Assembly (NCBI GenBank): GCA_002305585.1
Contig: DBPN01000046.1
Coordinates: 32,014-80,694 of the forward strand
DNA from: Eggerthellales bacterium UBA1419
GTDB lineage: Bacteria; Actinomycetota; Coriobacteriia; Coriobacteriales; UBA8131
Direction: 5' to 3'
DNA length: 48,681 nt
Shown: positions 28,354 through 38,442 of the stretch, piece by piece
Layout: every line of letters starts with the position of its first letter
How positions within the stretch are numbered: position 1 is the stretch's first letter
Notes under the pieces: generated by a model
What the model was told of the DNA's origin: nothing
Seen by the model: the letters and a program-made list of their open reading frames with translations, nothing else
Databases searched by the model: none
Position numbers and translations under genes: made by a program

Positions 28354-31300
28354 TGGATCTATGCAGACGCCTACCGATCCGTGATAACAGGTCATTGAGT
28401 ACTCTGACTTCGGGAATCTTGAGCATCCGGCAGATCAGATAATAGATTCCAAGCCCGGCAGACCCGCAGACGATGATCACGATCAAAGAGACAGCTATGT
28501 TGTCGTTAAAACCGCTGCGCGCGAAAACCGTTGGGAATATGGCTGCAACAGCAGATGCCGCGAATATCTTGGCGCCATCCTTGAATATCGCCTCGAGTCC
28601 AAAGGAGCCGATCTGACCTTGCAACACGCGATTCATCACCAAAAACAGCAGACAGTAAGTGATGATGTCAGCGACTGGTATACCTATTAGTCCGATACCA
28701 TCCCAGAGCCCGAAGCCGGTAGTGAAGAAACCATAGAGCAACGCTTGGAAGACGCGTCCTACCGCATCGATCTTGATGAAGAGCTTCAGATCCCTCAGTG
28801 AGCTGAAGGCGCGATAGAGATACATGTAACCAGAATAGAAGGGCAGTGCGAAGCACCAGACACTGAGCACCTGCGCAACATTCATGACATCTTGATAGTT
28901 GAATTGACCGGCATGGTAGAGTCCTGCTAGCTGATGGGAGAGCGCGAAGAGCAGCAGGGCCATAGGTGTGATAAGGAAGATAGTCGTGCGCAAACCCCGG
29001 CTGACATTCGTCTTAAAACCCTGCCAGTCCTCCGCCGCCGAGGCCGCGCTCATCTCGGTGAACAGTGTAGTAGATAAGGCAACTCCTATCACTCCGTATG
29101 GCAGTTGGTACCAAAGCCAGGCGAAGCTGAGGGTGGAAGGGCCATTGTCAGCTACGGCAAGCGAGAATGAATTCATAAAAGCTACTACCAGTAGATTCAT
29201 GATGATGAAGATGGTTGCCGGCAGTGCTATCCGCACCGTCTCCCGTAAGGCAGGATCCTTGAGGTTAACCTTGAAACGCAGGGGGATATTAAGCTTGAGG
29301 AAGGCCGGAATCTGGATTACGAGCATGGCGACTACACCGAGCGTGGTGCCTACAGCCAGCCAGATCATCCCTGCAAGCAGGTTGACGCTGGAGATGAAGG
29401 GGAAGCCGAGAAAGGTGATGATCACCACGATATTATTGAATACCGGCGCAAGCGCCGACCAGAAGAAGATGCGATGGGCATTGAGTAGGCCGCTGAGAAT
29501 CGCGCCTACTCCATAGAACACCGCCTGTATGGCGAAGAAACGGAAGAAGAACACGGCGATCTCGATCTGCTCGGTCTGATCTTGGGTCATGAATGTCTGG
29601 GTCCAGATGACCTGAGGAGCGAATATCGTAGCCAGCAGGGAGACCGCGCCTAGTGTGATCAATGCGATACCCAACAGATTCGAAGCGTAATCGGCTGCCC
29701 CTTGTTTACCCCGTTTCTCACGCTGTGCTAGATACAGCGGCAGGAAAGCGGTGGTTAGCACGCCACCGGCAACGAGCTCGTAGAGCATATTGGGCAGGTT
29801 ATTGGAGATATAGTAGGCAGAGGAGAACAGCGTATTACCTAAAGCGAAGGCAAAGGCCATCGTGCGCAGGAAACCAGTGGCACGCGACAACAACGTCACC
29901 GTGGCAAATGTCGCGGTGGAGCGCCCTACAGAAGGCTGGGGATCGCCATCTGAGTTGTCCTCGACGGGAAAGTTTGTCTCTTCGATGAGCGGGACTACAT
30001 CCGTCAAATCGGTTGGCATCGTTATCGGCTTCACATCCTCTAATAGTACAGTATCCAGCGATTCCATCGGATCAACGCTGTTGGCGATCGAAGGATGGCC
30101 ATTTCTCCGGTCGTTTCTCTGCAGATCGCTGAGTGATAGATCGACGCTACCACGAAGCTCTTCGCGCAATCTCCAACTATGCAGATCGCAGATCAACCAG
30201 ACGAAACAGGACATCATGTAGATAAGGTAGACCGACGGGGTTAGTATGCCCGAATCCTCTATGAACAGTGTGATTGCAACGATGATCAGACCCGTGGTGA
30301 ACGCAGCTCTGAAGCCGACATTGCGCTGCCAGAACTGTTCATATGGCCCCGGTGCGGCCAATCTGAGGAAAGCCATCAGTGCCACCACGACCGCGATGAA
30401 GACCAATGCAGGCCATGGCGCATATGAGAGCGTAGTGTTCAACGAAACCTGCCAAGCTTCGAATACCATGTCATGCAACAGTACGGCTAGACCCTGTTTG
30501 GCAGAAGGTATTATCCAGCGCATGTGCGAGAGCGGGTTGTAGAGCAAATCAAGGTACAGAACACCAAGGGCCAGCAGTATGGGGATACCGATAGCCAGCA
30601 GTACCACGCGCAAGGTGACCGGTCGCTCGTTGATCAGCCACCAGATGTAGAAGGTTCCGGTTAATGCCCAGACAATCGGGCCAAAACTGGAACCGAACAT
30701 CGGCAGGCAACTGATGAGGAGCAGTGAAAATGAGACGAGTAGGAAGATCCAGCGTTTGAATGGAGCGATCAGGCGATGCGTGGGGAAACGATTGACAAGC
30801 AATCCGGATAACGTGAACCAGGCGCCATAGAGCATAGCCGCGGGTTCATTGCCCAGACCATCGAACCGCGAGCCCTCCAAGATATCGTAGGTGATGTAGC
30901 CTACATGTGTCCAGAGACCGCCGAGTAGTTGATCGATCACTACAACCAGGACAGTGAGTGCGAAGAGGAAGGTCAGCGAGTGTATCCAGCGGGTCTGCCT
31001 ACCTATCAACAAGGCGATGAGTACGATTGCTCCTGCCCATACGGCACAATCCAGCATTAGCAGAAGAGGATCGGATATGCTTGGCAGTGTGAGGTGCATA
31101 AGGAAGGTTGCAGGCGGATACGACAGGATGATGAGCCAGAGGATCCTGACCAGCGGAATGAGGAAGTCCAAGGTCTTTCGGTTGAGTTTGAAGTGCAGGA
31201 AGATCAGGAAGATCGAGATGACGAATGTGAAGAAAGTCAGGACGAGGAAGGCGATGTTGATGGCCGGCTTGGTAGATCGGAAGTCATCGCAGAGCGCTCT

Positions 31301-31969
31301 GTCCCTGATCAGAGTGGCAAGCCTGTCATCTGCAGCGTCATCTGTCGCATGGCTTGTGATCGTGGCTACACTGTAATCTGGTGAATCAGGTAGATAATTA
31401 ATGTGGCGGACGAGGGCAGATACATCCCGAGTGGTTACCAGACGCGGATGATCGGTGGTGTCGGAGCTGAGGTATCCCTCATAACCTTGGCCGTGGATGA
31501 TAATCGGCGAATAGGTCTGCGGTGCCCATTCGTTGCGGAAGTTCTTCGAGCCAGCCACGATAAGCAGACTCCTGGGATCCATGGTGTCCAAGAGATAGCC
31601 AACAGTTGCATCGTATTGCGCGAGCTTCAGGCTATAGGGCTGCAGATATGTGGTGACATAGGGATCCTTCTCCAGATCATCGATCACCCAGGCATTATTG
31701 GAGATCAGATTCCCTGACGCTGAATCCGCCACCAACTGGTAGAGGTATGGCGTAGACTCAACATTAATCTGGTCCCAGTATAAATAGGGGACATACAGCA
31801 AGATGATCGGTACTGGGTCATCAACCGGGAATAATTCCATGGCAGGTTGCTCAGCTGCCGGGGCATCATCCGATTCAAGAGCAAGCGCGGCTGGGCTTGC
31901 GGCAACTTGCGCCATGATCAGGCACAGGATAACCACGCGGAGCACGAAATGCTTGAGTCGCTTCATCAC
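28340..31969 (-). CDS. murJ: Lipid II flippase MurJ (MOP superfamily) fused to a ~680-aa N-terminal ectodomain plus 11-TM module of unknown function
   Basis: Residues ~682-1209 (nt 29926-28343) look like MurJ: LLSRATGFLRTMAFAFALG, LPNMLYELVAGGVLTTAFLPLY and 14 predicted TM segments. Residues 1-681 comprise a signal anchor, a ~205-aa ectodomain, ~11 TM helices and an acidic linker. Confidence 0.85.
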   Translation of the reverse strand: MMKRLKHFVLRVVILCLIMAQVAASPAALALESDDAPAAEQPAMELFPVDDPVPIILLYVPYLYWDQINVESTPYLYQLVADSASGNLISNNAWVIDDLEKDPYVTTYLQPYSLKLAQYDATVGYLLDTMDPRSLLIVAGSKNFRNEWAPQTYSPIIIHGQGYEGYLSSDTTDHPRLVTTRDVSALVRHINYLPDSPDYSVATITSHATDDAADDRLATLIRDRALCDDFRSTKPAINIAFLVLTFFTFVISIFLIFLHFKLNRKTLDFLIPLVRILWLIILSYPPATFLMHLTLPSISDPLLLMLDCAVWAGAIVLIALLIGRQTRWIHSLTFLFALTVLVVVIDQLLGGLWTHVGYITYDILEGSRFDGLGNEPAAMLYGAWFTLSGLLVNRFPTHRLIAPFKRWIFLLVSFSLLLISCLPMFGSSFGPIVWALTGTFYIWWLINERPVTLRVVLLAIGIPILLALGVLYLDLLYNPLSHMRWIIPSAKQGLAVLLHDMVFEAWQVSLNTTLSYAPWPALVFIAVVVALMAFLRLAAPGPYEQFWQRNVGFRAAFTTGLIIVAITLFIEDSGILTPSVYLIYMMSCFVWLICDLHSWRLREELRGSVDLSLSDLQRNDRRNGHPSIANSVDPMESLDTVLLEDVKPITMPTDLTDVVPLIEETNFPVEDNSDGDPQPSVGRSTATFATVTLLSRATGFLRTMAFAFALGNTLFSSAYYISNNLPNMLYELVAGGVLTTAFLPLYLAQREKRGKQGAADYASNLLGIALITLGAVSLLATIFAPQVIWTQTFMTQDQTEQIEIAVFFFRFFAIQAVFYGVGAILSGLLNAHRIFFWSALAPVFNNIVVIITFLGFPFISSVNLLAGMIWLAVGTTLGVVAMLVIQIPAFLKLNIPLRFKVNLKDPALRETVRIALPATIFIIMNLLVVAFMNSFSLAVADNGPSTLSFAWLWYQLPYGVIGVALSTTLFTEMSAASAAEDWQGFKTNVSRGLRTTIFLITPMALLLFALSHQLAGLYHAGQFNYQDVMNVAQVLSVWCFALPFYSGYMYLYRAFSSLRDLKLFIKIDAVGRVFQALLYGFFTTGFGLWDGIGLIGIPVADIITYCLLFLVMNRVLQGQIGSFGLEAIFKDGAKIFAASAVAAIFPTVFARSGFNDNIAVSLIVIIVCGSAGLGIYYLICRMLKIPEVRVLNDLLSRIGRRLHRSNGGR

Positions 31970-32202
31970 ACCTGTTCTCTATTACACTGGCAGACATCTT
32001 CTTGTGATGATAACCATGTCTGTAAGGGGAAATCGGTTCTTTTTGACAATGGTACTGCACTTCACTGGTATTGAGAACCGCTCTTGAGCACAATACAGAC
32101 GATTAACTTCCCTGTCATTCACAACACGAACAGTGAAGTATTCAGGTAAACTGGGACAAGACGGTTTTTCCTAGGCCGTTTGCTGAAAGGAAGCTTAAAT
32201 CT

Positions 32203-33219
32203 GTGATCAGCATCGTGTCGGCACTTGTGTTCTGTGTGGTTGTCCCCGTTGCGGTGATGACCATGTTAGCCCCCTCACTTCAAAGAACCTCACCCAGAGT
32301 CGCGAACTTCCGCGATGCTAAGGTCTATAGTGGTCTTGGCATCGTATGGTTTGTCTGGCTGGTCTTCTTTTGGGTGGGCGCGCATCTGCTGGGCGCCCTA
32401 CGCATCGCCCAACCGGCCTGGGTTAGCTATCTTGTGCCGCTGTTCCCCCTGATTGCCGGGTCGTGTGCCTTTGGGCTGTTCGATGATTGGGTAGGTAATC
32501 ATCAGGCGAAAGGTTTCAGTGGCCATCTTAAGGCCCTGTTCAAAGGCGAGTTGACCACTGGTGGATTGAAATTCATCGGTATCGGTTTCCTGAGCCTATT
32601 CACCGCGGTCTCCCTATACTGGAATGGTATCGGTTCGACTCTGCAGGTTGTTCTGGTTACCTGTGTAATAGCGCTTTCGGCCAATCTGATGAATCTCTTC
32701 GATCTCAGACCCGGAAGAGCCGGTAAGATGTATTTACTGGGATTGACAGTGGCGTTGGTGACGGTGGGGATCTCCTCATCGGTGAATCTGGGCGGATTCG
32801 ACCTCGCGGCTTTGGGGTTGGCTGCATTGGGACCGCTACTGGCAACTTGGCGCTTTGATATCGGCGAGCAGGGTATGCTCGGTGATGCCGGAGCGAACTC
32901 GATGGGTGCCTTCCTGGGTTACCTGTTCGCAACAGCGCTACCCCTATGGGCACTGGTCATCTTCACGATAGTGCTGTTCGCGGTGAATATGCTCAGCGAT
33001 AAGGTCTCCTTCTCGGCGCTTGTTGACCGCAGCAGTCTGCTCACGGCCTTCGACCAATGGGGACGGAGTGAGGCTGTGCCACAACAGATTGTCCCAAGTG
33101 CTGCCGAGCGGGAAAACAGAGATGAAATAGCTGATGGACAGATATCTGAAAACCATTCTATTGAACTTGGGGTAGAATCCCCTGATGGTATTGATGAAGA
33201 CAGGAACAATCGAGAGTAG
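32203..33219 (+). CDS. MraY/WecA-family (GT4, PF00953-like) polyprenyl-phosphate sugar-phosphate transferase, divergent
   Basis: The protein is polytopic, with FDDW, NLMNLFDLRPGRAG and MLGDAGANSMGAFLG motifs. The start is a GTG with AAAGGAAG upstream. The gene is divergent from murJ and ends 18 nt upstream of pyrG. Confidence 0.75.
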   Translation: MISIVSALVFCVVVPVAVMTMLAPSLQRTSPRVANFRDAKVYSGLGIVWFVWLVFFWVGAHLLGALRIAQPAWVSYLVPLFPLIAGSCAFGLFDDWVGNHQAKGFSGHLKALFKGELTTGGLKFIGIGFLSLFTAVSLYWNGIGSTLQVVLVTCVIALSANLMNLFDLRPGRAGKMYLLGLTVALVTVGISSSVNLGGFDLAALGLAALGPLLATWRFDIGEQGMLGDAGANSMGAFLGYLFATALPLWALVIFTIVLFAVNMLSDKVSFSALVDRSSLLTAFDQWGRSEAVPQQIVPSAAERENRDEIADGQISENHSIELGVESPDGIDEDRNNRE

Positions 33220-34857
<1,638 letters not shown>

Positions 34858-34969
34858 GACAGCAACGCCAGATAAACACCTCAACGGCGCACAGACTTAT
34901 CGAATTGGTTGCCCGACCACTACAGCAACAGGCTGGCAGCCGACTTGGATAGTAGAGAGGGAACACGTG

Positions 34970-36079
34970 ATGATCAATCCGCAAAGACTTCTGACGACCT
35001 TCCTGGATCTGGTGCGAATCGATAGTCCCAGCGGTCATGAGGCTGCTGTCGCGCACTATTGTTGTGAAGCGCTTGAGGCTGCAGGCTGTGCGGTTGCGAT
35101 TGATGATACCACTGCGACAACTGGTTCAGACACCGGCAATCTGATTGCTGAACTTACTGGTGAAGCAGCGGGAAAGCTGTATTTCTCGGCACATATGGAC
35201 ACAGTGAGCCCCGGCGAGGGTATCAAGCCGCTTGTTGAAGCTGGGATTATACGGGCATCCGGCGACACGATACTCGGCGCTGACGACAAGGTTGGCATCG
35301 CCGCGATCATCGAGATGGTACGCGTGTTGCGGGAGAACGAGCTGTCGCACCCAACAATAGGTATACTGTTCAGTGTTGGTGAGGAGAAGAACCTCCGCGG
35401 TGCCAACGCGATGGATGCCACCATGTTCCACGGAGAGCCCTGTTTCGTCCTTGATTCGGAGAATCAGCCGGGTGAAGTGGTGGTAGGAGCTCCGTATCAC
35501 AACTCTTTCATAGCGACGTTCAGGGGTAAGGCGGCACACGCTGGTGTCTGCCCGGAGAAAGGCATCTCTGCCATCGCACTTGCGGCCGCGGCGATCAACG
35601 CGATGCAACTTGGACGTCTGGACGAGGTGACAACCGCCAACATCGGCACGATAGCCGGCGGTAGCGCAGATAACATCGTAGCTGACAGCTGTGTGGTCAC
35701 CGGTGAGTTCCGTTCATTGCACGAACAGCGTCTCAACGAGGTTGGTGAGATGATCTCTGCTGCTATTGAGAGCGCTGTAACGGGAACAGCGGGTGGTGTC
35801 GATGTTATCTGGGAGAAAGGCTATCCGGGATTCCTATTAGATGAGAGTCATCCCGTGGTGCAATTAGCGTTGAAGGCGGCCGAGAGGATCGGTCTGCCCG
35901 CGCGAGTCGCGGTAACTGGAGGTGGGTCGGATACCAATGTCTTCTCGGATAAAGGCCTGCAAGCGGTGACTTTGGGTACCGGTATGAAGGAGATCCACGG
36001 TTTGGGTGAGTGCCTGGCGGTTGACGATCTTGAGTCGTTGACCCAGCTGATAATCCAGATCGTCTTAGATTATCGTTGA
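34970..36079 (+). CDS. M20/M25/M40 metallopeptidase, PepT-like
   Basis: The motifs LDLVRIDSPSGHE, AHMDTV, GADDKVGIAA and SVGEE are present. I prefer the start at ATG 34970 or GTG 34967, with GAGAGGGA upstream. The ORF-track start at 34754 lies inside pyrG. Confidence 0.8.
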   Translation: MINPQRLLTTFLDLVRIDSPSGHEAAVAHYCCEALEAAGCAVAIDDTTATTGSDTGNLIAELTGEAAGKLYFSAHMDTVSPGEGIKPLVEAGIIRASGDTILGADDKVGIAAIIEMVRVLRENELSHPTIGILFSVGEEKNLRGANAMDATMFHGEPCFVLDSENQPGEVVVGAPYHNSFIATFRGKAAHAGVCPEKGISAIALAAAAINAMQLGRLDEVTTANIGTIAGGSADNIVADSCVVTGEFRSLHEQRLNEVGEMISAAIESAVTGTAGGVDVIWEKGYPGFLLDESHPVVQLALKAAERIGLPARVAVTGGGSDTNVFSDKGLQAVTLGTGMKEIHGLGECLAVDDLESLTQLIIQIVLDYR

Positions 36080-36094
36080 TAGGGACTGGGGAAG

Positions 36095-37291
36095 ATGCGT
36101 CTGGTTAAGGCTAGAGTCCTGCAGGTAACTGATCAGACCGCCGATCTGCAGAGGTTGGTGGTCCGTTACGAGGATGCGCGCGGGCATAAGGTCGAAGGTA
36201 GGGCGTTGAGCTACCTTCAGATTACCGAGGCCTGTCATGTCGATGACATGGTGCTGCTGAATGCCACCGCTGTTGACCTTAGTCTGGGCACCGGCGGAGT
36301 GCTGTTCGTGGTCGCCTTGATCCCAACAGATGTCGCGACAGCGCCAGAAGTTGCAGAGCCTGCACTGCGGAATCGATCGTCGCACCCGCAGGAAGCAGAT
36401 GCCAAGCAGCAGTTGGCCTCTTGTACCGTGTTCGACGATCCCGCCCCTGAAGGCGGTCATATCATCAAATTGCGTTATACCCCGATGCAGCGCGATGTGC
36501 TGTCAGTGGAGGAACCGGCATCACCCTACCATCAACAGCTGCGCGAGCTTCGCTCCTTGGCAGGGAAGCCGGTTGTCTGTTGCGAACTGCACAGCCAGGT
36601 ACCTCTGGTGGCAGCTGCAGTGAGAAGCGTTGCTCCTCATGCAAGGATAACATACTGTCAAACCGATCAGGCAGCCCTGATGTTGGCTTTCTCAAACAGC
36701 ATCCGCGCAGCCAAGGAAAGTGGTCTTATCGACGCTACCATAAGTTGCGGCCAGGCACTTGGAGGCGACTTTGAAGCTGTGACCCTGCATTCAGGTTTGT
36801 TGGCAGCAGCCGAGATCACTAAGGCGGATGTCATCATCGTTGGTATTGGTCCGGGTATCGTTGGCACCGATACAGCCTTTGGTCATGGTGGTGTTGCCCA
36901 GGGTGAGGCCCTTAACGCCGTAGGTAGCCTTGCGGGAACGGCCATCGCTGCATTGCGATTATCCTTCGCCGATCAACGAGCAAGACATCGTGGTGTGAGT
37001 CATCACAGTATCTGTGCCCTCAGTGATATCTGCCTCATTGAAGCCTACATCCCCGTGCCTTCGAATCTTCCCATCGACCAAAGGGCGATTATCGACCGGG
37101 CGTTGGCGCAAAAGGGGATTGCCAAAAGACATAGGCTCACGGAGGTTGCCGTAGATGAGCAAAGCATCGATCTGTGCGGTCTTGAAGTGACTACCATGGG
37201 ACGCGATCAAAGTGAGGATCCGGCGTTCTTCTCGGCCGCTTACGCTGCTGGTGTCTTGGCCGGCGGTCTGTGCAACAAGAATGCAAGATGA
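36095..37291 (+). CDS. Conserved hypothetical protein, possibly DUF3866 family
   Basis: The 398-aa product has no TM segment. It contains an N-terminal beta-rich segment ending in GTGG, then HIIKLRYTPMQ and IIVGIGPGIVGTDTAFGHGG. The family name is recalled from memory and unverified. Its stop overlaps the xerD start (ATGA). Confidence 0.45.
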   Translation: MRLVKARVLQVTDQTADLQRLVVRYEDARGHKVEGRALSYLQITEACHVDDMVLLNATAVDLSLGTGGVLFVVALIPTDVATAPEVAEPALRNRSSHPQEADAKQQLASCTVFDDPAPEGGHIIKLRYTPMQRDVLSVEEPASPYHQQLRELRSLAGKPVVCCELHSQVPLVAAAVRSVAPHARITYCQTDQAALMLAFSNSIRAAKESGLIDATISCGQALGGDFEAVTLHSGLLAAAEITKADVIIVGIGPGIVGTDTAFGHGGVAQGEALNAVGSLAGTAIAALRLSFADQRARHRGVSHHSICALSDICLIEAYIPVPSNLPIDQRAIIDRALAQKGIAKRHRLTEVAVDEQSIDLCGLEVTTMGRDQSEDPAFFSAAYAAGVLAGGLCNKNAR

Positions 37292-38223
37292 GTGTGACAT
37301 CCTCCGATAAGCGATTCAAATCCATTGCACAGGATTTCCTGGACTATATGTCGGTGGAAAGGGGCGCCTCGCCGTTGACCATCGAAGCGTATCGTCGTGA
37401 TATCTGCCGCTACCTCGATTTCTTGGTGGAGAGCGGTATCAGCGAGATCGATCAGGTACAGCGTGGGAATGTGACGGATTATCTTGGCGCGCTTAATGAG
37501 CTTGGCTACGCTCCGGCTTCTGTTGAGCGTGCGGTATCAGCAGTAAAGAGCTTCCATCGCTTTGCCGTGAGGGAGAATCTGGCCGAGCATGACCCAACCG
37601 CGACAGTGCGTTTACCTCAGGTGCCCGACACTCTGCCAGATGTCCTCAGCCTAACCCAGGTAACATCACTTTTAGAACAGGTGTTCCCCTCTAATGCCAT
37701 TGGGCAGCGCGATAAAGCCATACTCGAGACACTCTACGGTTGTGGATTGAGGGTCAGCGAACTGGTTGGACTGGATCTCTCGGCGTTAATGCTCAGCGAT
37801 GGTTACCTAAGGGTAACCGGTAAGGGTGCCAGAGAGCGTATTGTGCCACTGGCCGGCAAGGCAGAGGAGGCGCTGCGGGCGTATCTTGGTCAGGCTCGAG
37901 GCCAGTTACACCCTAAACGAGTGAGTGCAGTTGCCGATGGTAGTGCCGTTTTCCTCAATAGCAGGGGACGAAGATTGAGTCGTCAGGCGGTCCATAAATT
38001 GGTGGCCCGCTATGGCGCTCTGGTGGGAGTGGATAATCTCCATCCCCATACTCTCAGGCATTCCTACGCGACACATATGCTTGAAGGTGGTGCCGACCTG
38101 CGCGCCATCCAGGAACTGCTCGGGCATTCAGACATCATCACAACCCAAATATATACCCATGTCAGTCGTAGCCATCTACGCGAGGAGTATCTCTCAACCC
38201 ATCCAAGGGCCTGCCTGCGCTAA
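37288..38223 (+). CDS. xerD: Tyrosine recombinase XerD (chromosome dimer resolution)
   Basis: The N-terminal SAM-like domain (FLDYMSVERGASPLTIEAYRRD) and catalytic R...HTLRHSYATHMLEGGADLRAIQELLGH...IYTH are present. The position after pyrG matches actinobacterial synteny. Confidence 0.88.
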   Translation: MSVTSSDKRFKSIAQDFLDYMSVERGASPLTIEAYRRDICRYLDFLVESGISEIDQVQRGNVTDYLGALNELGYAPASVERAVSAVKSFHRFAVRENLAEHDPTATVRLPQVPDTLPDVLSLTQVTSLLEQVFPSNAIGQRDKAILETLYGCGLRVSELVGLDLSALMLSDGYLRVTGKGARERIVPLAGKAEEALRAYLGQARGQLHPKRVSAVADGSAVFLNSRGRRLSRQAVHKLVARYGALVGVDNLHPHTLRHSYATHMLEGGADLRAIQELLGHSDIITTQIYTHVSRSHLREEYLSTHPRACLR

Positions 38224-38442
38224 AGCGTCTAAATCAAAAGCCACTGTCTCAAAGTCGCAGTCATCATCTCTGATCCCTGACGTACTGTTTGCGCTCATCG
38301 CCAGACGGTTACTGCTGTCGCTGTCCATGCCTACTGTCAGACAGCTGTCACTGTCGCTATTCCCCCATAAATGCAGCAAACACTCGGTGCCAACGGTTGT
38401 CGGTGAGGCTTTCATCACGAATATGGCAATAATAAGATAAAA

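Noticed and set aside
27631-33219. Lower GC content in the envelope module as evidence of recent horizontal transfer
   Set aside because: Spot counts of a few 60-nt lines gave ~52% against ~57% elsewhere. These are polytopic membrane proteins, whose hydrophobic codons lower GC anyway, and I cannot compute window statistics here. There are also no mobility genes or flanking repeats.
37288-38223. A tyrosine recombinase as a possible marker of an integrated mobile element
   Set aside because: The XerD-type N-terminal domain, the conserved pyrG-xerD synteny and the absence of flanking repeats, a tRNA or cargo genes all indicate the housekeeping dimer-resolution recombinase.
38012-38440. A + strand 142-aa ORF spanning the xerD 3' end and the intergenic leader, and a minus-strand 74-aa ORF at 38194-38418
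   Set aside because: Both overlap xerD out of frame. Their repetitive LSLS and DSDS stretches are simply translations of the CTGTC array, and neither has an SD. I treat the region as non-coding.
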